From contig CM120646.1 in NCBI GenBank assembly GCA_051362555.1, positions 10,788,001 through 10,852,000 on the forward strand: DNA of 64,000 nucleotides, written 5' to 3'. This DNA comes from Lingula anatina (taxonomy: Eukaryota; Animalia; Brachiopoda). The notes beneath the pieces were generated by a model. It did not search any database. It was given only the letters and a program-made list of their open reading frames with translations, and was not told the DNA's origin. Positions 15,001 to 28,495 of the stretch are shown in pieces. How positions within the stretch are numbered: position 1 is the stretch's first letter; each line of letters begins with the position of its first letter. The position numbers and the translations under genes are program-made.

Positions 15001-18000
15001 AATTTCAGAAGTATTGGACAAGATTTGACAAAATTATTAACGTTTAACTATTTTAAGTCTAGGGATTTGCCAGTCTTTTTAATGTAATTTTCAGTTATCC
15101 CAAATATATTGTCCAAAGAAAATACTTTTCATTAGACACAGTCAACTGATCAGCTCATCACAGATTTTTATTGTTGTTAAGCATGTTAATTTGAATTGTA
15201 CGAATATCAGAATTACTGGACAAGATTTGACAAAATTATTAACATTTAACTATTTTAAGCCATGGAATTTGCCTGTCTTTTTGTTGTTATTTTGAGTTTT
15301 CCTAAATATATTTTCCAAAGAAGACACTTTCTATTAGACACAGTCAACTGATCAGCTTATCACAGATTTTTATTGTTGTTAAGCATCTTTTATACCAATT
15401 TCAGAAATATTGGACAAGATTTGACAAAATTATTAACGTTTAACTATTTTAAGTCTAGGGATTTGACAGTCTTTTTAATGTCATTTTCAGTTTTCCCAAA
15501 TATATTGTCCAAAGAAAATACTTTTCATTAGACACAGTCAACTGATCAACTTATCACAGATTTTTGTTGTTGTTAAGCATCTTTTGTACAAATTTCAGAA
15601 ATATTGGACAAGATTTGACAAAATTATTAACGTTTAACTATTTTGTCCTGGGATTTGCCAGTCTTTTCAATGTAACTTTAAATTTTCCTAAATATATTGT
15701 CCAAAGAAAATACTTCTCATTAGACACAGTCAACTGATCAGCTTATCACAGATTTTTATTGTTGTTAAGCATGATTTGTACGAATATCAGAATTATTGGA
15801 CAAGATTTGTCAAAATTATTAACATTTAACTATTTTAAGCCATGGAATTTGCCTGTCTTTTCGTTGTAATTTTGAGTTTTTCTAAATATATTTTCCAAAG
15901 AAGACACTTTTTATTATACACAGTCAACTGATCAGCTTATCACAGATTTTTATTGTTGTTAAGCATTTTTTGTACCAATTTCAAAAATGTTGGACAAGAT
16001 TTGACAAAATTATTAACGTTTAACTTTTTTAAGTTTTGGGATTTGCCAGTCTTTTCAATGTGATTTTCATTCTTTTTTCAGTTATATTGTTCTTTTTCCA
16101 GAGTACCCTTATCATGAAAAAGCAGACAGTGAAAGACGGGATCAAGAGCAGCACCATGTCTTGTCCATGTGTACAATACATGATATGAAGCAAGATTTAG
16201 TGCATTGTCAAGTATTGTGGTAGCAGCAACCCATTCCAGAAACCCATTGTAAGGAGGAATCTGCATCTGGCATTGATAGTAAGGAGAAGTCCTGTATGGG
16301 TATATATTGTTTTCCAGATGACAGTTCTAGGTAATTTGCAACCTCGTACACAAACAAACTCAAATCACCACATTTGCTGTTTTCTTTATTGGTAAACAAT
16401 ACATTGCAATATTGAAATATTTTTTGGTTAATTCTCACTCTTCTGATTATCAAATTTCAATAAACTTGACATTAAAAAAAACACAGATAACTGATCAGCT
16501 TATCACTGATTTTTATTGCTGTTAAGCATCATTTGTGAAAATTTCAGAAATGCTGGACAAGATTTGACAAAATTATTAACGTTTAACTATTTTAAGTCAT
16601 GGTACTTGTCAGACTTTTTAATGTAATTTTCAGTTTTTCTCAATATATTGTCCGAAGAAGAAACTTTCTATTAGACACAGTCAACTGATCAGCTTATCAC
16701 AGATTTTTATTGTTGTTAAGCATCTTTTATACCAATTTCAGAAATATTGGACAAGATTTGACAAAATTATTAACGTTTAACTATTTTAAGTCTAGGGATT
16801 TGACAGTCTTTTTAATGTCATTTTCAGTTTTCCCAAATATATTGTCCAAAGAAAATACTTTTCATTAGACACAGTCAACTGATCAACTTATCACAGATTT
16901 TTATTGTTGTTAAGCATCATTTGTACAAATTTCAGAAATATTGGACAAGATTTGACAAAAGTATTAACGTTTAACTATTTTAAGTCTTGGGATTTGCCTG
17001 TCTTTTCGTTTTAATTTTGAGATTTTTCAAATATATTTTCCAAAGAAGACACTTTCTATTAGACACAGTCAACTGATCAGCTTATCACAGATTTTTATTG
17101 TTGTTAAGCATCTTTTGTACCAATTTCAGAAGTATTGGACAAGATTTGACAAAATTATTAACGTTTAACTATTTTAAGTCTTGGGATTTGCCAGTCTTTT
17201 TAATGTAATTTTCAGTTATCCCAAATATATTGTCCAAAGAAAATACTTTTCATTAGACACAGTCAACTGATCAGCTCATCACAGATTTTTATTGTTGTTA
17301 AGCATGTTAATTTGAATTGTACGAATATCAGAATTACTGGACAAGATTTGACAAAATTATTAACATTTAACTATTTTAAGCCATGGAATTTGCCTGTCTT
17401 TTCGTTGTAATTTTGAGTTTTTCTAAATATATTTTCCAAAGAAGACACTTTTTATTATACACAGTCAACTGATCAGCTTATCACAGATTTTTATTGTTGT
17501 TAAGCATCATTTGTACAAATTTCAGAAATATTGGACAAGATTTGACAAAATTATTAATGTTTAACTATTTTAAGTCTAGGGATTTGCCAGTCTTTTTAAT
17601 GTCATTTTGAGTTTTCCCAAATATATTTTCCAAAGAAGAAACTTTCTATTAGACACAGTCAACTGATCAGCTTATCACAGATTTTTATTGCTGTTAAGCA
17701 TCTTTTGTACCAATTTCAGAAATATTGGACAAGATTTGACAAATTTATTAACGTTTAACTATTTTAAGTCTAGGGATTTGCCAGTCTTTTTAATATAATT
17801 TTCAGTTTTCCCAAATATATTTTCCAAAGAAAATACTTCTCATTAGACACAGTCAACTGATCAGCTTATCACAGATTTTTGTTGTTGTTAAGCATCTTTT
17901 GTACAAATTTCAGAAATATTGGACAAGATTTGACAAAATTATTAACGTTTAACTATTTTGTCCTGGGATTTGCCAGTCTTTTCAATGTAACTTTAAATTT

Positions 18001-21000
18001 TCCTAAATATATTGTCCAAAGAAAATACTTCTCATTAGACACAGTCAACTGATCAGCTTATCACAGATTTTTATTGTTGTTAAGCATGATTTGTACGAAT
18101 ATCAGAATTATTGGACAAGATTTGTCAAAATTATTAACATTTAACTATTTTAAGCCATGGAATTTGCCTGTCTTTTCGTTGTAATTTTGAGTTTTTCTAA
18201 ATATATTTTCCAAAGAAGACACTTTTTATTATACACAGTCAACTGATCAGCTTATCACAGATTTTTATTGTTGTTTAGCATTTTTTGTACCAATTTCAAA
18301 AATGTTGGACAAGATTTGACAAAATTATTAACATTTAACTTTTTTAAGTTTTGGGATTTGCCAGTCTTTTCAATGTGATTTTCATTCTTTTTTCAGTTAT
18401 ATTGTTCTTTTTCCAGAGTACCCTTATCATGAAAAAGCAGACAGTGAAAGACGGGATCAAGAGCAGCACCATGTCTTGTCCATGTGTACAATACATGATA
18501 TGAAGCAAGATTTAGTGCATTGTCAAGTATTGTGGTAGCAGCAACCCATTCCAGAAACCCATTGTAAGGAGGAATCTGCATCTGGCATTGATAGTAAGGA
18601 GAAGTCCTGTATGGGTATATATTGTTTTCCAGATGACAGTTCTAGGTAATTTGCAACCTCGTACACAAACAAACTCAAATCACCACATTTGCTGTTTTCT
18701 TTATTGGTAAACAATACATTGCAATATTGAAATATTTTTTGGTTAATTCTCACTCTTCTGATTATCAAATTTCAATAAACTTGACATTAAAAAAAACACA
18801 GATAACTGATCAGCTTATCACTGATTTTTATTGCTGTTAAGCATCATTTGTGAAAATTTCAGAAATGCTGGACAAGATTTGACAAAATTATTAACGTTTA
18901 ACTATTTTAAGTCATGGTACTTGTCAGACTTTTTAATGTAATTTTCAGTTTTTCTCAATATATTGTCTGAAGAAGAAACTTTCTATTAGACACAGTCAAC
19001 TGATCAGCTTATCACAGATTTTTATTGTTGTTAAGCATCATTTGTACAAATTTCAGAAATATTGGACAAGATTTGACAAAATTATTAACGTTTAACTATT
19101 TTAAGTCTTGGGATTTGCCTGTCTTTTCGTTTTAATTTTGAGATTTTTCAAATATATTTTCCAAAGAAGACACTTTCTATTAGACACAGTCAACTGATCA
19201 GCTTATCACAGATTTTTATTGTTATTAAGCATCTTTTATACCAATTTCAGAAATATTGGACAAGATTTGACAAAATTATTAACGTTTAACTATTTTAAGT
19301 CTAGGGATTTGACAGTCTTTTTAATATAATTTTCAGTTTTCCCAAATATATTGTCCAAAGAAAATACTTCTCATTAGACACAGTCAACTGATCAGCTTAT
19401 CACAGATTTTTGTTGTTGTTAAGCATCTTTTGTACAAATTTCAGAAATATTGGACAAGATTTGACAAAATTATTAACGTTTAACTATTTTGTCCTGGGAT
19501 TTGCCAGTCTTTTCAATGTAACTTTAAATTTTCCTAAATATATTGTCCAAAGAAAATACTTCTCATTAGACACAGTCAACTGATCAGCTTATCACAGATT
19601 TTTATTGTTGTTAAGCATGATTTGTACGAATATCAGAATTATTGGACAAGATTTGTCAAAATTATTAACATTTAACTATTTTAAGCCATGGAATTTGCCT
19701 GTCTTTTCGTTGTAATTTTGAGTTTTTCTAAATATATTTTCCAAAGAAGACACTTTTTATTATACACAGTCAACGGATCAGCTTATCACAGATTTTTATT
19801 GTTGTTAAGCATTTTTTGTACCAATTTCAAAAATGTTGGACAAGATTTGACAAAATTATTAACATTTAACTTTTTTAAGTTTTGGGATTTGCCAGTCTTT
19901 TCAATGTGATTTTCATTCTTTTTTCAGTTATATTGTTCTTTTTCCAGAGTACCCTTATCATGAAAAAGCAGACAGTGAAAGCCGGGATCAAGAGCAGCAC
20001 CATGTCTTGTCCATGTGTACAATACATGATATGAAGCAAGATTTAGTGCATTGTCAAGTATTGTGGTAGCAGCAACCCATTCCAGAAACCCATTGTAAGG
20101 AGGAATCTGCATCTGGCATTGATAGTAAGGAGAAGTCCTGTATGGGTATATATTGTTTTCCAGATGACAGTTCTAGGTAATTTGCAACCTCGTACACAAA
20201 CAAACTCAAATCACCACATTTGCTGTTTTCTTTATTGGTAAACAATACATTGCAATATTGAAATATTTTTTGGTTAATTCTCACTCTTCTGATTATCAAA
20301 TTTCAATAAACTTGACATTAAAAAAAACACAGATAACTGATCAGCTTATCACTGATTTTTATTGCTGTTAAGCATCATTTGTGAAAATTTCAGAAATGCT
20401 GGACAAGATTTGACAAAATTATTAACGTTTAACTATTTTAAGTCATGGTACTTGTCAGACTTTTTAATGTAATTTTCAGTTTTTCTCAATATATTGTCCG
20501 AAGAAGAAACTTTCTATTAGACACAGTCAACTGATCAGCTTATCACAGATTTTTATTGTTGTTAAGCATCATTTGTACAAATTTCAGAAATATTGGACAA
20601 GATTTGACAAAATTATTAACGTTTAACTATTTTAAGTCTTGGGATTTGCCTGTCTTTTCGTTTTAATTTTGAGATTTTTCAAATATATTTCCAAAGAAGA
20701 CACTTTCTATTAGACACAGTCAACTGATCAGCTTATCACAAATTTTTATTGTTGTTAAGCATCATTTGTACAAATTTCAGAAATATTGGACAAGATTTGA
20801 CAAAAGTATTAACGTTTAACTATTTTAAGTCTTGGGATTTGCCTGTCTTTTCGTTTTAATTTTGAGATTTTTTCAAATATATTTTCCAAAGAAGACACTT
20901 TCTATTAGACACAGTCAACTGATCAGCTTATCACAGATTTTTATTGTTGTTAAGCATCTTTTGTACCAATTTCAGAAGTATTGGACAAGATTTGACAAAA

Positions 21001-24000
21001 TTATTAACATTTAACTTTTTTAAGTTTTGGGATTTGCCAGTCTTTTCAATGTGATTTTCATTCTTTTTTCAGTTATATTGTCCTTTTTCCAGAGTACCCT
21101 TATCATGAAAAAGCAGACAGTGAAAGACGGGATCAAGAGCAGCACCATGTCTTGTCCATGTGTACAATACATGATATGAAGCAAGATTTAGTGCATTGTC
21201 AAGTATTGTGGTAGCAGCAACCCATTCCAGAAACCCATTGTAAGGAGGAATCTGCATCTGGCATTGATAGTAAGGAGAAGTCCTGTATGGGTATATATTG
21301 TTTTCCAGATGACAGTTCTAGGTAATTTGCAACCTCGTACACAAACAAACTCAAATCACCACATTTGCTGTTTTCTTTATTGGTAAACAATACATTGCAA
21401 TATTGAAATATTTTTTGGTTAATTCTCACTCTTCTGATTATCAAATTTCAATAAACTTGACATTAAAAAAAACACAGATAACTGATCAGCTTATCACTGA
21501 TTTTTATTGCTGTTAAGCATCATTTGTGAAAATTTCAGAAATGCTGGACAAGATTTGACAAAATTATTAACGTTTAACTATTTTAAGTCATGGTACTTGT
21601 CAGACTTTTTAATGTAATTTTCAGTTTTTCTCAATATATTGTCCGAAGAAGAAACTTTCTATTAGACACAGTCAACTGATCAGCTTATCACAGATTTTTA
21701 TTGTTGTTAAGCATCATTTGTACAAATTTCAGAAATATTGGACAAGATTTGACAAAATTATTAACGTTTAACTATTTTAAGTCTTGGGATTTGCCTGTCT
21801 TTTCATTTTAATTTTGAGATTTTTCAAATATATTTTCCAAAGAAGACACTTTCTATTAGACACAGTCAACTGATCAGCTTATCACAGATTTTTATTGTTA
21901 TTAAGCATCTTTTGTACCAATTTCAGAAATATTGGACAAGATTTGACAAAATTATTAACGTTTAACTATTTTAAGTCTAGGGATTTGACAGTCTTTTTAA
22001 TATAATTTTCAGTTTTCCCAAATATATTGTCCAAAGAAAATACTTCTCATTAGACACAGTCAACTGATGAGCTCATCACAGATTTTTATTGTTGTTAAGC
22101 ATGTTAATTTGAATTGTACGAATATCAGAATTACTGGACAAGATTTGACAAAATTATTAACATTTAACTATTTTAAGCCATGGAATTTGCCTGTCTTTTT
22201 GTTGTTATTTTGAGTTTTCCTAAATATATTTTCCAAAGAAGACACTTTCTATTAGACACAGTCAACTGATCAGCTTATCACAGATTTTTATTGTTGTTAA
22301 GCATCTTTTATACCAATTTCAGAAATATTGGACAAGATTTGACAAAATTATTAACGTTTAACTATTTTAAGTCTAGGGATTTGACAGTCTTTTTAATGTC
22401 ATTTTCAGTTTTCCCAAATATATTGTCCAAAGAAAATACTTTTCATTAGACACAGTCAACTGATCAACTTATAACAGATTTTTATTGTTGTTAAGCATCT
22501 TTTGTACCAATTTCAAAAATGTTGGAAAAAGATTTGACAAAATTATTAACGTTTAACTTTTTTAAGTTTTGGGATTTTCCAGTCTTTTTAATGTCATTTT
22601 GAGTTTTCCCAAATATATTTTCCAAAGAAGACACTTTTTTTTGGCACAGTCAACTGATCAGCTTATCACAGATTTTTATTGTTGTTAAGCATCATTTGTA
22701 CAAATTTCAGAAATATTGGACAAGATTTGTCAAAATTATTAACATTTAACTATTTTAAGTCATGGTACTTGTCAGACTTTTTAATGTAATTTTCAGTTTT
22801 CTCAATATATTGTCCAAAGAAAATACTTTCTATTAGACACAGTCAACTGATCAGTTTATCACAGATTTTTATTGTTGTTAAGCATCATTTGTACAAATTT
22901 CAGAAATATTGGACAAGATTTGACAAAATTATTAATGTTTAACTATTTTAAGTCTAGGGATTTGCCAGTATTTTTAATGTCATTTTGAGTTTTCCCAAAT
23001 ATATTTTCCAAATAAGACACTTTTTTTTGGCACAGTCAACTGATCAGCTTATCACAGATTTTTATAGTTGTTAAGCATCTTTTGTACCAATTTCAGAAAT
23101 ATTGGACAAGATTTGACAAAATTATTAATGTTTACTATTTTAAGCCATGGAATTTGCCTGTATTTTCGTTGTAATTTTGAGATTTTTCAAATATATTTTC
23201 CAAAGAAGACACTTTCTATTAGACACAGTCAACTGATCAGCTTATCACAGATTTTTATTGTTGTTAAGCATCTTTTGTACCAATTTCAGAAATATTGGAC
23301 AAGATTTGACAAAATTATTAACGTTTAACTATTTTAAGTCTAGGGATTTGCCAGTCTTTTTAATGTCATTTTGAGTTTTCCCAAATATATTTTCCAAAGA
23401 AGACACTTTTTTTTTGGCACAGTCAACTGATCAGCTTATCACAGATTTTTATTGTTGTTAAGCATCATTTGTACAAATTTCAGAAATATTGGACAAGATT
23501 TGACAAAATTATTAACGTTTAACTATTTTAAGTCTTGGGATTTGCCAGTCTTTTCGTTTTCATTTTGAGTTTTCCCAAATATATTTTCCAAAGAAGACAC
23601 TTTTTTTTTGGCACAGTCAATTGATCAGCTTATCACAGATTTTTATTTTTGTTAAGCATCTTTTGTACCAATTTCAGAAGTATTGGACAAGATTTGACAA
23701 AATTATTAACGTTTAACTATTTTAAGTCTAGGGATTTGCCAGTCTTTTTAATGTAATTTTCAGTTTTGCCAAATATATTGTCCAAAGAAAATTCTTTTCA
23801 TTAGACACAGTCAACTGATCAGCTCATCACAGATTTTTATTGTTGTTAAGCATGAATTGTACGAATATCAGAATTACTGGACAAGATTTGACAAAATTAT
23901 TAACATTTTACTTTTTTAAGCCATGGAATTAGCCTGTCTTTTTGTTGTTATTTTGAGTTTTCCTAAATGTATTTTCCAAAGAAGACACTTTCTACTAGAC

Positions 24001-25415
24001 ACAGTCAACTGATCAGCTTATCACAGATTTTTATTGTTGTTAAGCATCTTTTATACCAATTTCAGAAATATTGGACAAGATTTGACAAAATTATTAACGT
24101 TTAACTATTTTAAGTCTAGGGATTTGACAGTCTTTTTAATGTAATTTTCAGTTTTCCCAAATATATTGTCCAAAGAAAATACTTTTCATTAGACACAGTC
24201 AACTGATCAGCTTATCACAGATTTTTATTGTTGTTAAGCATCTTTTGTACCAATTTCAAAAATGTTGGAAAAAGATTTGACAAAATTATTAACGTTTAAC
24301 TTTTTTAAGTTTTGGGATTTTCCAGTCTTTTCAATGTGATTTTCATTCTTTTTTCAGTTATATTGTCCTTTTTCAGAGTGCCCTTACCATGAAAAAACAG
24401 ACAGTGAAAGAAGGGATCAAGAGCAGCACCATGTCTTGTCCATGTGTACAATACATGATATGAAGCAAGATTTAGGGCATTGTCAAGTATTGTGGTAGCA
24501 GCAACCCATTCCAGAAACCCATTGTAAGTGGGAATCTGCATCTGGCATTGATAGTAAGGAGAAGTCTTGTATGGGTATATATTGTTTTCCAGATGACAGT
24601 TATAGGTAATTTGCAACCTCGTACACAAACAAACTCAAATCACCACATTTGCTGTTTTCTTTATTGGTAAACAATACATTGCAATATTGAAATATTTTTT
24701 GGTTAATTCTCACTTTTCTGATTATCAATTTTCAATAAACTTGACATTAAAAAAAACACAGATAACTGATCAGCTTTTTACTGATTTTTATTGCTGTTAA
24801 GCATCAATTGTGAAAATTTCAGAAATGCTGGACAAGATTTGACAAAATTATTAACGTTTAACTATTTTAAGTCATGGTATTTGTCAGTCTTTTTAATGTA
24901 ATTTTCAGTTTTCTCAATATATTGTCCGAAGAAAATACTTTTCATTACACACAGTCAACTGGTCAGCATATGACAGATTTTTATTTTTGTTAAGCATCTT
25001 TTGTACCAATTTCAGAAATATTGGACAAGATTTGACAAAATTATTAACGTTTAACTATTTTAAGTCTTGGGATTTGCCAGTATTTTCATTGTAATTTTCA
25101 GTTTTCCCAAATATATTGTCCAAAGAAAATACTTTTCATTAGACACAGTCAACTGATCAGCTTATCACAGATTTTTATTGTTGTTAAGCATCATTTGTAT
25201 AAATTTCAGAAATATTGGACAAGATTTGACAAAATTATTAATGTTTAACTATTTTAAGTCTTGGGATTTGCCAGTCTTTTCAATGTGATTTTCATTCTTT
25301 TTTCAGTTATATTGTTCTTTTTCCAGATTTTCCTTACCATGAAAAAGGAGGCAGTGAAAGACAGCATCAAGAGCAGCACCATATGTCTTATCCATGAGTA
25401 CAATATATGATGAAG
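1..25415. repeat. Composite satellite array: ~194-bp monomers with an interspersed ~400-bp cassette (variable-length higher-order repeat)
   Basis: The anchor CACAGTCAACTGATCAGCTTATCACAGATTTTTATTG recurs at 331, 525, 719, 914, 1106, 1300, 1494 and onward (192-195 bp spacing). Cassette copies start near 1653, 3576, 4724, 6649, 7996, 10301, 12224, 14151, 16078, 18393, 19924, 21069 and 24353. A diverged partial copy lies at 25302, and another partial copy at the window start. The array runs off the left edge. Confidence 0.98.
1651..2058 (+). repeat. Representative interspersed cassette of the array (non-monomer sequence, exon-like)
   Basis: A unique-looking block that adds ~372 bp net between monomer anchors 1494 and 2060. 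Near-identical copies explain the recurring 62/63-aa and 77/81-aa minus-strand ORFs in the ORF track. Confidence 0.93.
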
Positions 25416-26539
25416 CCCTGAACCTGGGAAATATGTGTACTTTAGATAAACGAAGGGAAGATCTGTGCAAAACTTTCTTTTACAAAATAACTGAACCCTC
25501 TGACAAACTGAATCACATTTTAATTGAGTAATCCAATCATCTTTTAAGATCAAACAATAAATACAAAGTGCCAAAATTTAAGACCGATAGATACCGATGC
25601 TCTTTTATTCCATATGCACTTTTAAATTTCCAATAGTATAATGTTGTCTTTTATCCTAAGTACAGTAATTTTAAAGTTCAAGTAGCAGTCTTTTAACTCA
25701 GTTTCATTCAAGCAAATATCATTTTATTATCATTATAATGTTCTTTACATTCTATGTACAACTTCAACCCACCTGGTTGTAATCTTAAAAAATTATTATT
25801 ATTATAAAGATTTGAAATATAATCGTCATCATTATTTAACTGTATGAAATGGATATTACCAATAAAAACATTGATTAATAAGAAAGGATTTTTTATGGGG
25901 GGGAGGGGAGGGGGTACCACTTCAGTTGGTATAAAAGAAATTCAAACCATTCTTTATCTTTCAGCACTGTTTTTAAAATAACATAAAGAAAGTACCAGTA
26001 TAGTATTGGTTTCCAAGTCCAGGTAACTTAGTGTCCCCAAGGGTGTTGTAATTATATTGTTAATCCAACGGGTTTGCTTAAAGATTATCATCGAAAAAAT
26101 CAAAATATAATAACTGAAGACACTTGATACAAGTATAAGAGAACCTTTTCCAAAACTTTTTTGTACAAACACGGATGTGTCAGAATATAAAGCCGTCTCC
26201 TGCATTTGCCATCGCCTTTGGCTTGCACTTTCAGTGATAACACATTAAGTGGAAAGCCATTTTACTTTTTGTTTTCAAACTTACGGAACAGATGGATATT
26301 CATAAAATACAGGTTGATTTCAAAAATGGGTATGATCGAGCCATTTTGTCAAAAGTAAAGCTGTTTTTTCACTTTTTCAGCATATTTAATCCACCATAAT
26401 ACAGATACCATGAAAACTGTCATATTTTGCTTTAAAACTTGTTGACTGATTTAAAGGACAAATAAACCAATCAAATTCGAAAATTAGCTTGATCGGTTCA
26501 TTTTTCTATATGCCCATGTTACCTGCAGTGCATTATTAA

Positions 26540-27930
26540 AGATTGGTTGTGATTATGCTGTTAAGCATTATGTAATATTGCATCAAAGTTGAAGAAAAAC
26601 CTATGTTGGGCACTTCTGCCATAGTAACCACTTAAGGAAAACTATGCCACTTGCTATTCTCAAATTTACAGGAAAGAAACATATAGGACTAAAATACAGC
26701 TTTGGTTGGAAAACGAGCCTGATTGGTTAATTTTTCTTGAAGTTACACATTTGGCATTTTCAAGGTGACTTTGCACCTCCATGGGCTTGAAGACTTTTGC
26801 TAGTCACATTTTCTGAATATCCATGATACTTCTATTTTATCATTAAAATCTGATGGTCATTATGCTATTAAGCATTATGTAATATTGCATCAAAAGTGAA
26901 GAAAAACCCATTTTGGACACTGCCGCCTTGATGACTATTAAGGGAAAACCATGTTACTTATGATTTCCAAACTTGCAAAGCAGAAACATGAGACTTAAAT
27001 GCAGCCTGAGTTGGAAAAGCAGTCTAATTGCCTGCTCTTCCTGGAAGTTAATCATTTTTGTGAAAATTTTCATTTTTGAAATATTAGCATTTTCAGTGTG
27101 GAACTTAGAACTCCCACGGGCATAAAGCCGAAAGGTAATCAAATTTTCTAAATGTTCATGTAATTTGTAAAAGATAATTAAAAATTGGTAGTAATATAAT
27201 TGTTATGCAATGCTGCATCATGCAATGCTGCATCAAAATGGACAAAAAAAAAACTACTTGATGTACTGCCTCCACAAACATTCTGAAATAAAAACTGTGT
27301 TACTTATAATTTTTTAACAAGAATGAATCTTAGGATTGACATACAGCTCAAATTATAAAACCAACTCTGTTGGATTATACTTTTTTATTGAATTTCTTTG
27401 TGAAATTTTCATTTTTTCATAAAATTTTCATTTTTCTCATTCTGCCATTTTGAAAGTGTGAACTTGAAGTTTCATGCCCATTACACATTTTACTTCCATT
27501 GGTATTACCAGTTGTGCATAATTAAAATTTGCTGTTGACAGTTAAGCATAATGTAATATTGGATCAGAATTGGCAGTAGCCTATTTTGTGCATTATTATT
27601 TTCTGCTTTTTGTCTGTACACTTTACAGCTTTGATGCCTTGTCTTTTTAATTAATGCAATTTTTTGTGAAAGTTTCATTTTTTTTCTGGAGCTCATTCTG
27701 GCATTTTCAAAGTGTGAACTTGAACTCTGATAGGCCTGAAGCCTTATGCTTAAGCAACAATTGTTACACATTTTACTTCCATTGATATTACCTGTTGTGC
27801 ATAATTAAAATTTGATGCTGATTTTGCTGTTTAATCATGTATTATTGCATCAAAATTGCCAGTAGTCTATTTTTTGCATTATTACTTTCTGCTTTTTGTC
27901 TGTACATTTGACAGCTTTGCTGCCTTGTTT
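26540..27930. repeat. Degenerate tandem repeat, about 5 units of ~290-340 bp
   Basis: A GCTGTTAAGCATTATGTAATATTGCATCAAA-like motif recurs, with CATCAAA anchors near 26581, 26888, 27231, 27562 and 27848. TTTGTGAAAATTTTC-like motifs occur near 27057, 27397 and 27662. Confidence 0.8.
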
Positions 27931-28299
27931 TGTAATGTACCCCACTCCGAATTTCAGATTCCATACAATAACAAATCGCAAAGGTACAATACTACACCAG
28001 CGCCCACAACTCTATCATTTCGGAGCTCGAGGGAGATACTGAAGAAAGTGACGAAAGTGGTACTTATACTGCTACTGTTACTGAGACTGAAATGGATTCT
28101 GAGACTGAGGGCAGTCAGGTTCATGATTTCATTGACAGTGATTTAAAGTGGCACCTATTCTCCTACTCCTACTCCAGTATAAATAATTGAGCGTTTCGTC
28201 TCACTACACCGCCTACTTGGCGTTACACGCAGAACCATTAGCAAAAAGCAGTTGACTTGCGCTTGGAAAAAGTATATCTGCATGTATAAGACTCACTCT

Positions 28300-28495
28300 T
28301 ACAAAACACTAGTACTTGGATTATCAGTGTTACATCCGTTCTGGACTATGCTGCGGGAGTCTGTGGCTTCTCATAGTGAAAGTGCTCAAAACAAAGCGAT
28401 TTCTTACTAACGAGTCCACGGACCCGGACTGTCTACCATGTCAGCACTGTAAATGGTTAAACACGGTGCAAAACTGGAACAGAGTGTTGTCCGTT
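28300..28495 (+). mobile_element. Degraded non-LTR retrotransposon (LINE) ORF2 C-terminal fragment
   Basis: Frameshifted pieces TSVLDYAAGVCGF, QNKAISY and WLNTVQNWNRVL resemble post-RT motifs of LINE ORF2 (P-L-Y---VWG, QN-A-R, W-RL). Confidence 0.5.

Noticed and set aside
1653-21444. Repeated 62/63-aa (MQIPPYNG...) and 77/81-aa (MIIKKVRIN...) minus-strand ORFs as a gene family
   Set aside because: They recur only because the cassette recurs. They show no recognisable domain, the longer one lacks an ATG start, ends differ in the mosaic copies, and the splice-like signals are on the opposite strand.
1-25415. CRISPR-like array (conserved palindromic core plus variable segments)
   Set aside because: The segments between cores are homologous variants of one another, not unique spacers. 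The context is eukaryotic and there are no cas genes.
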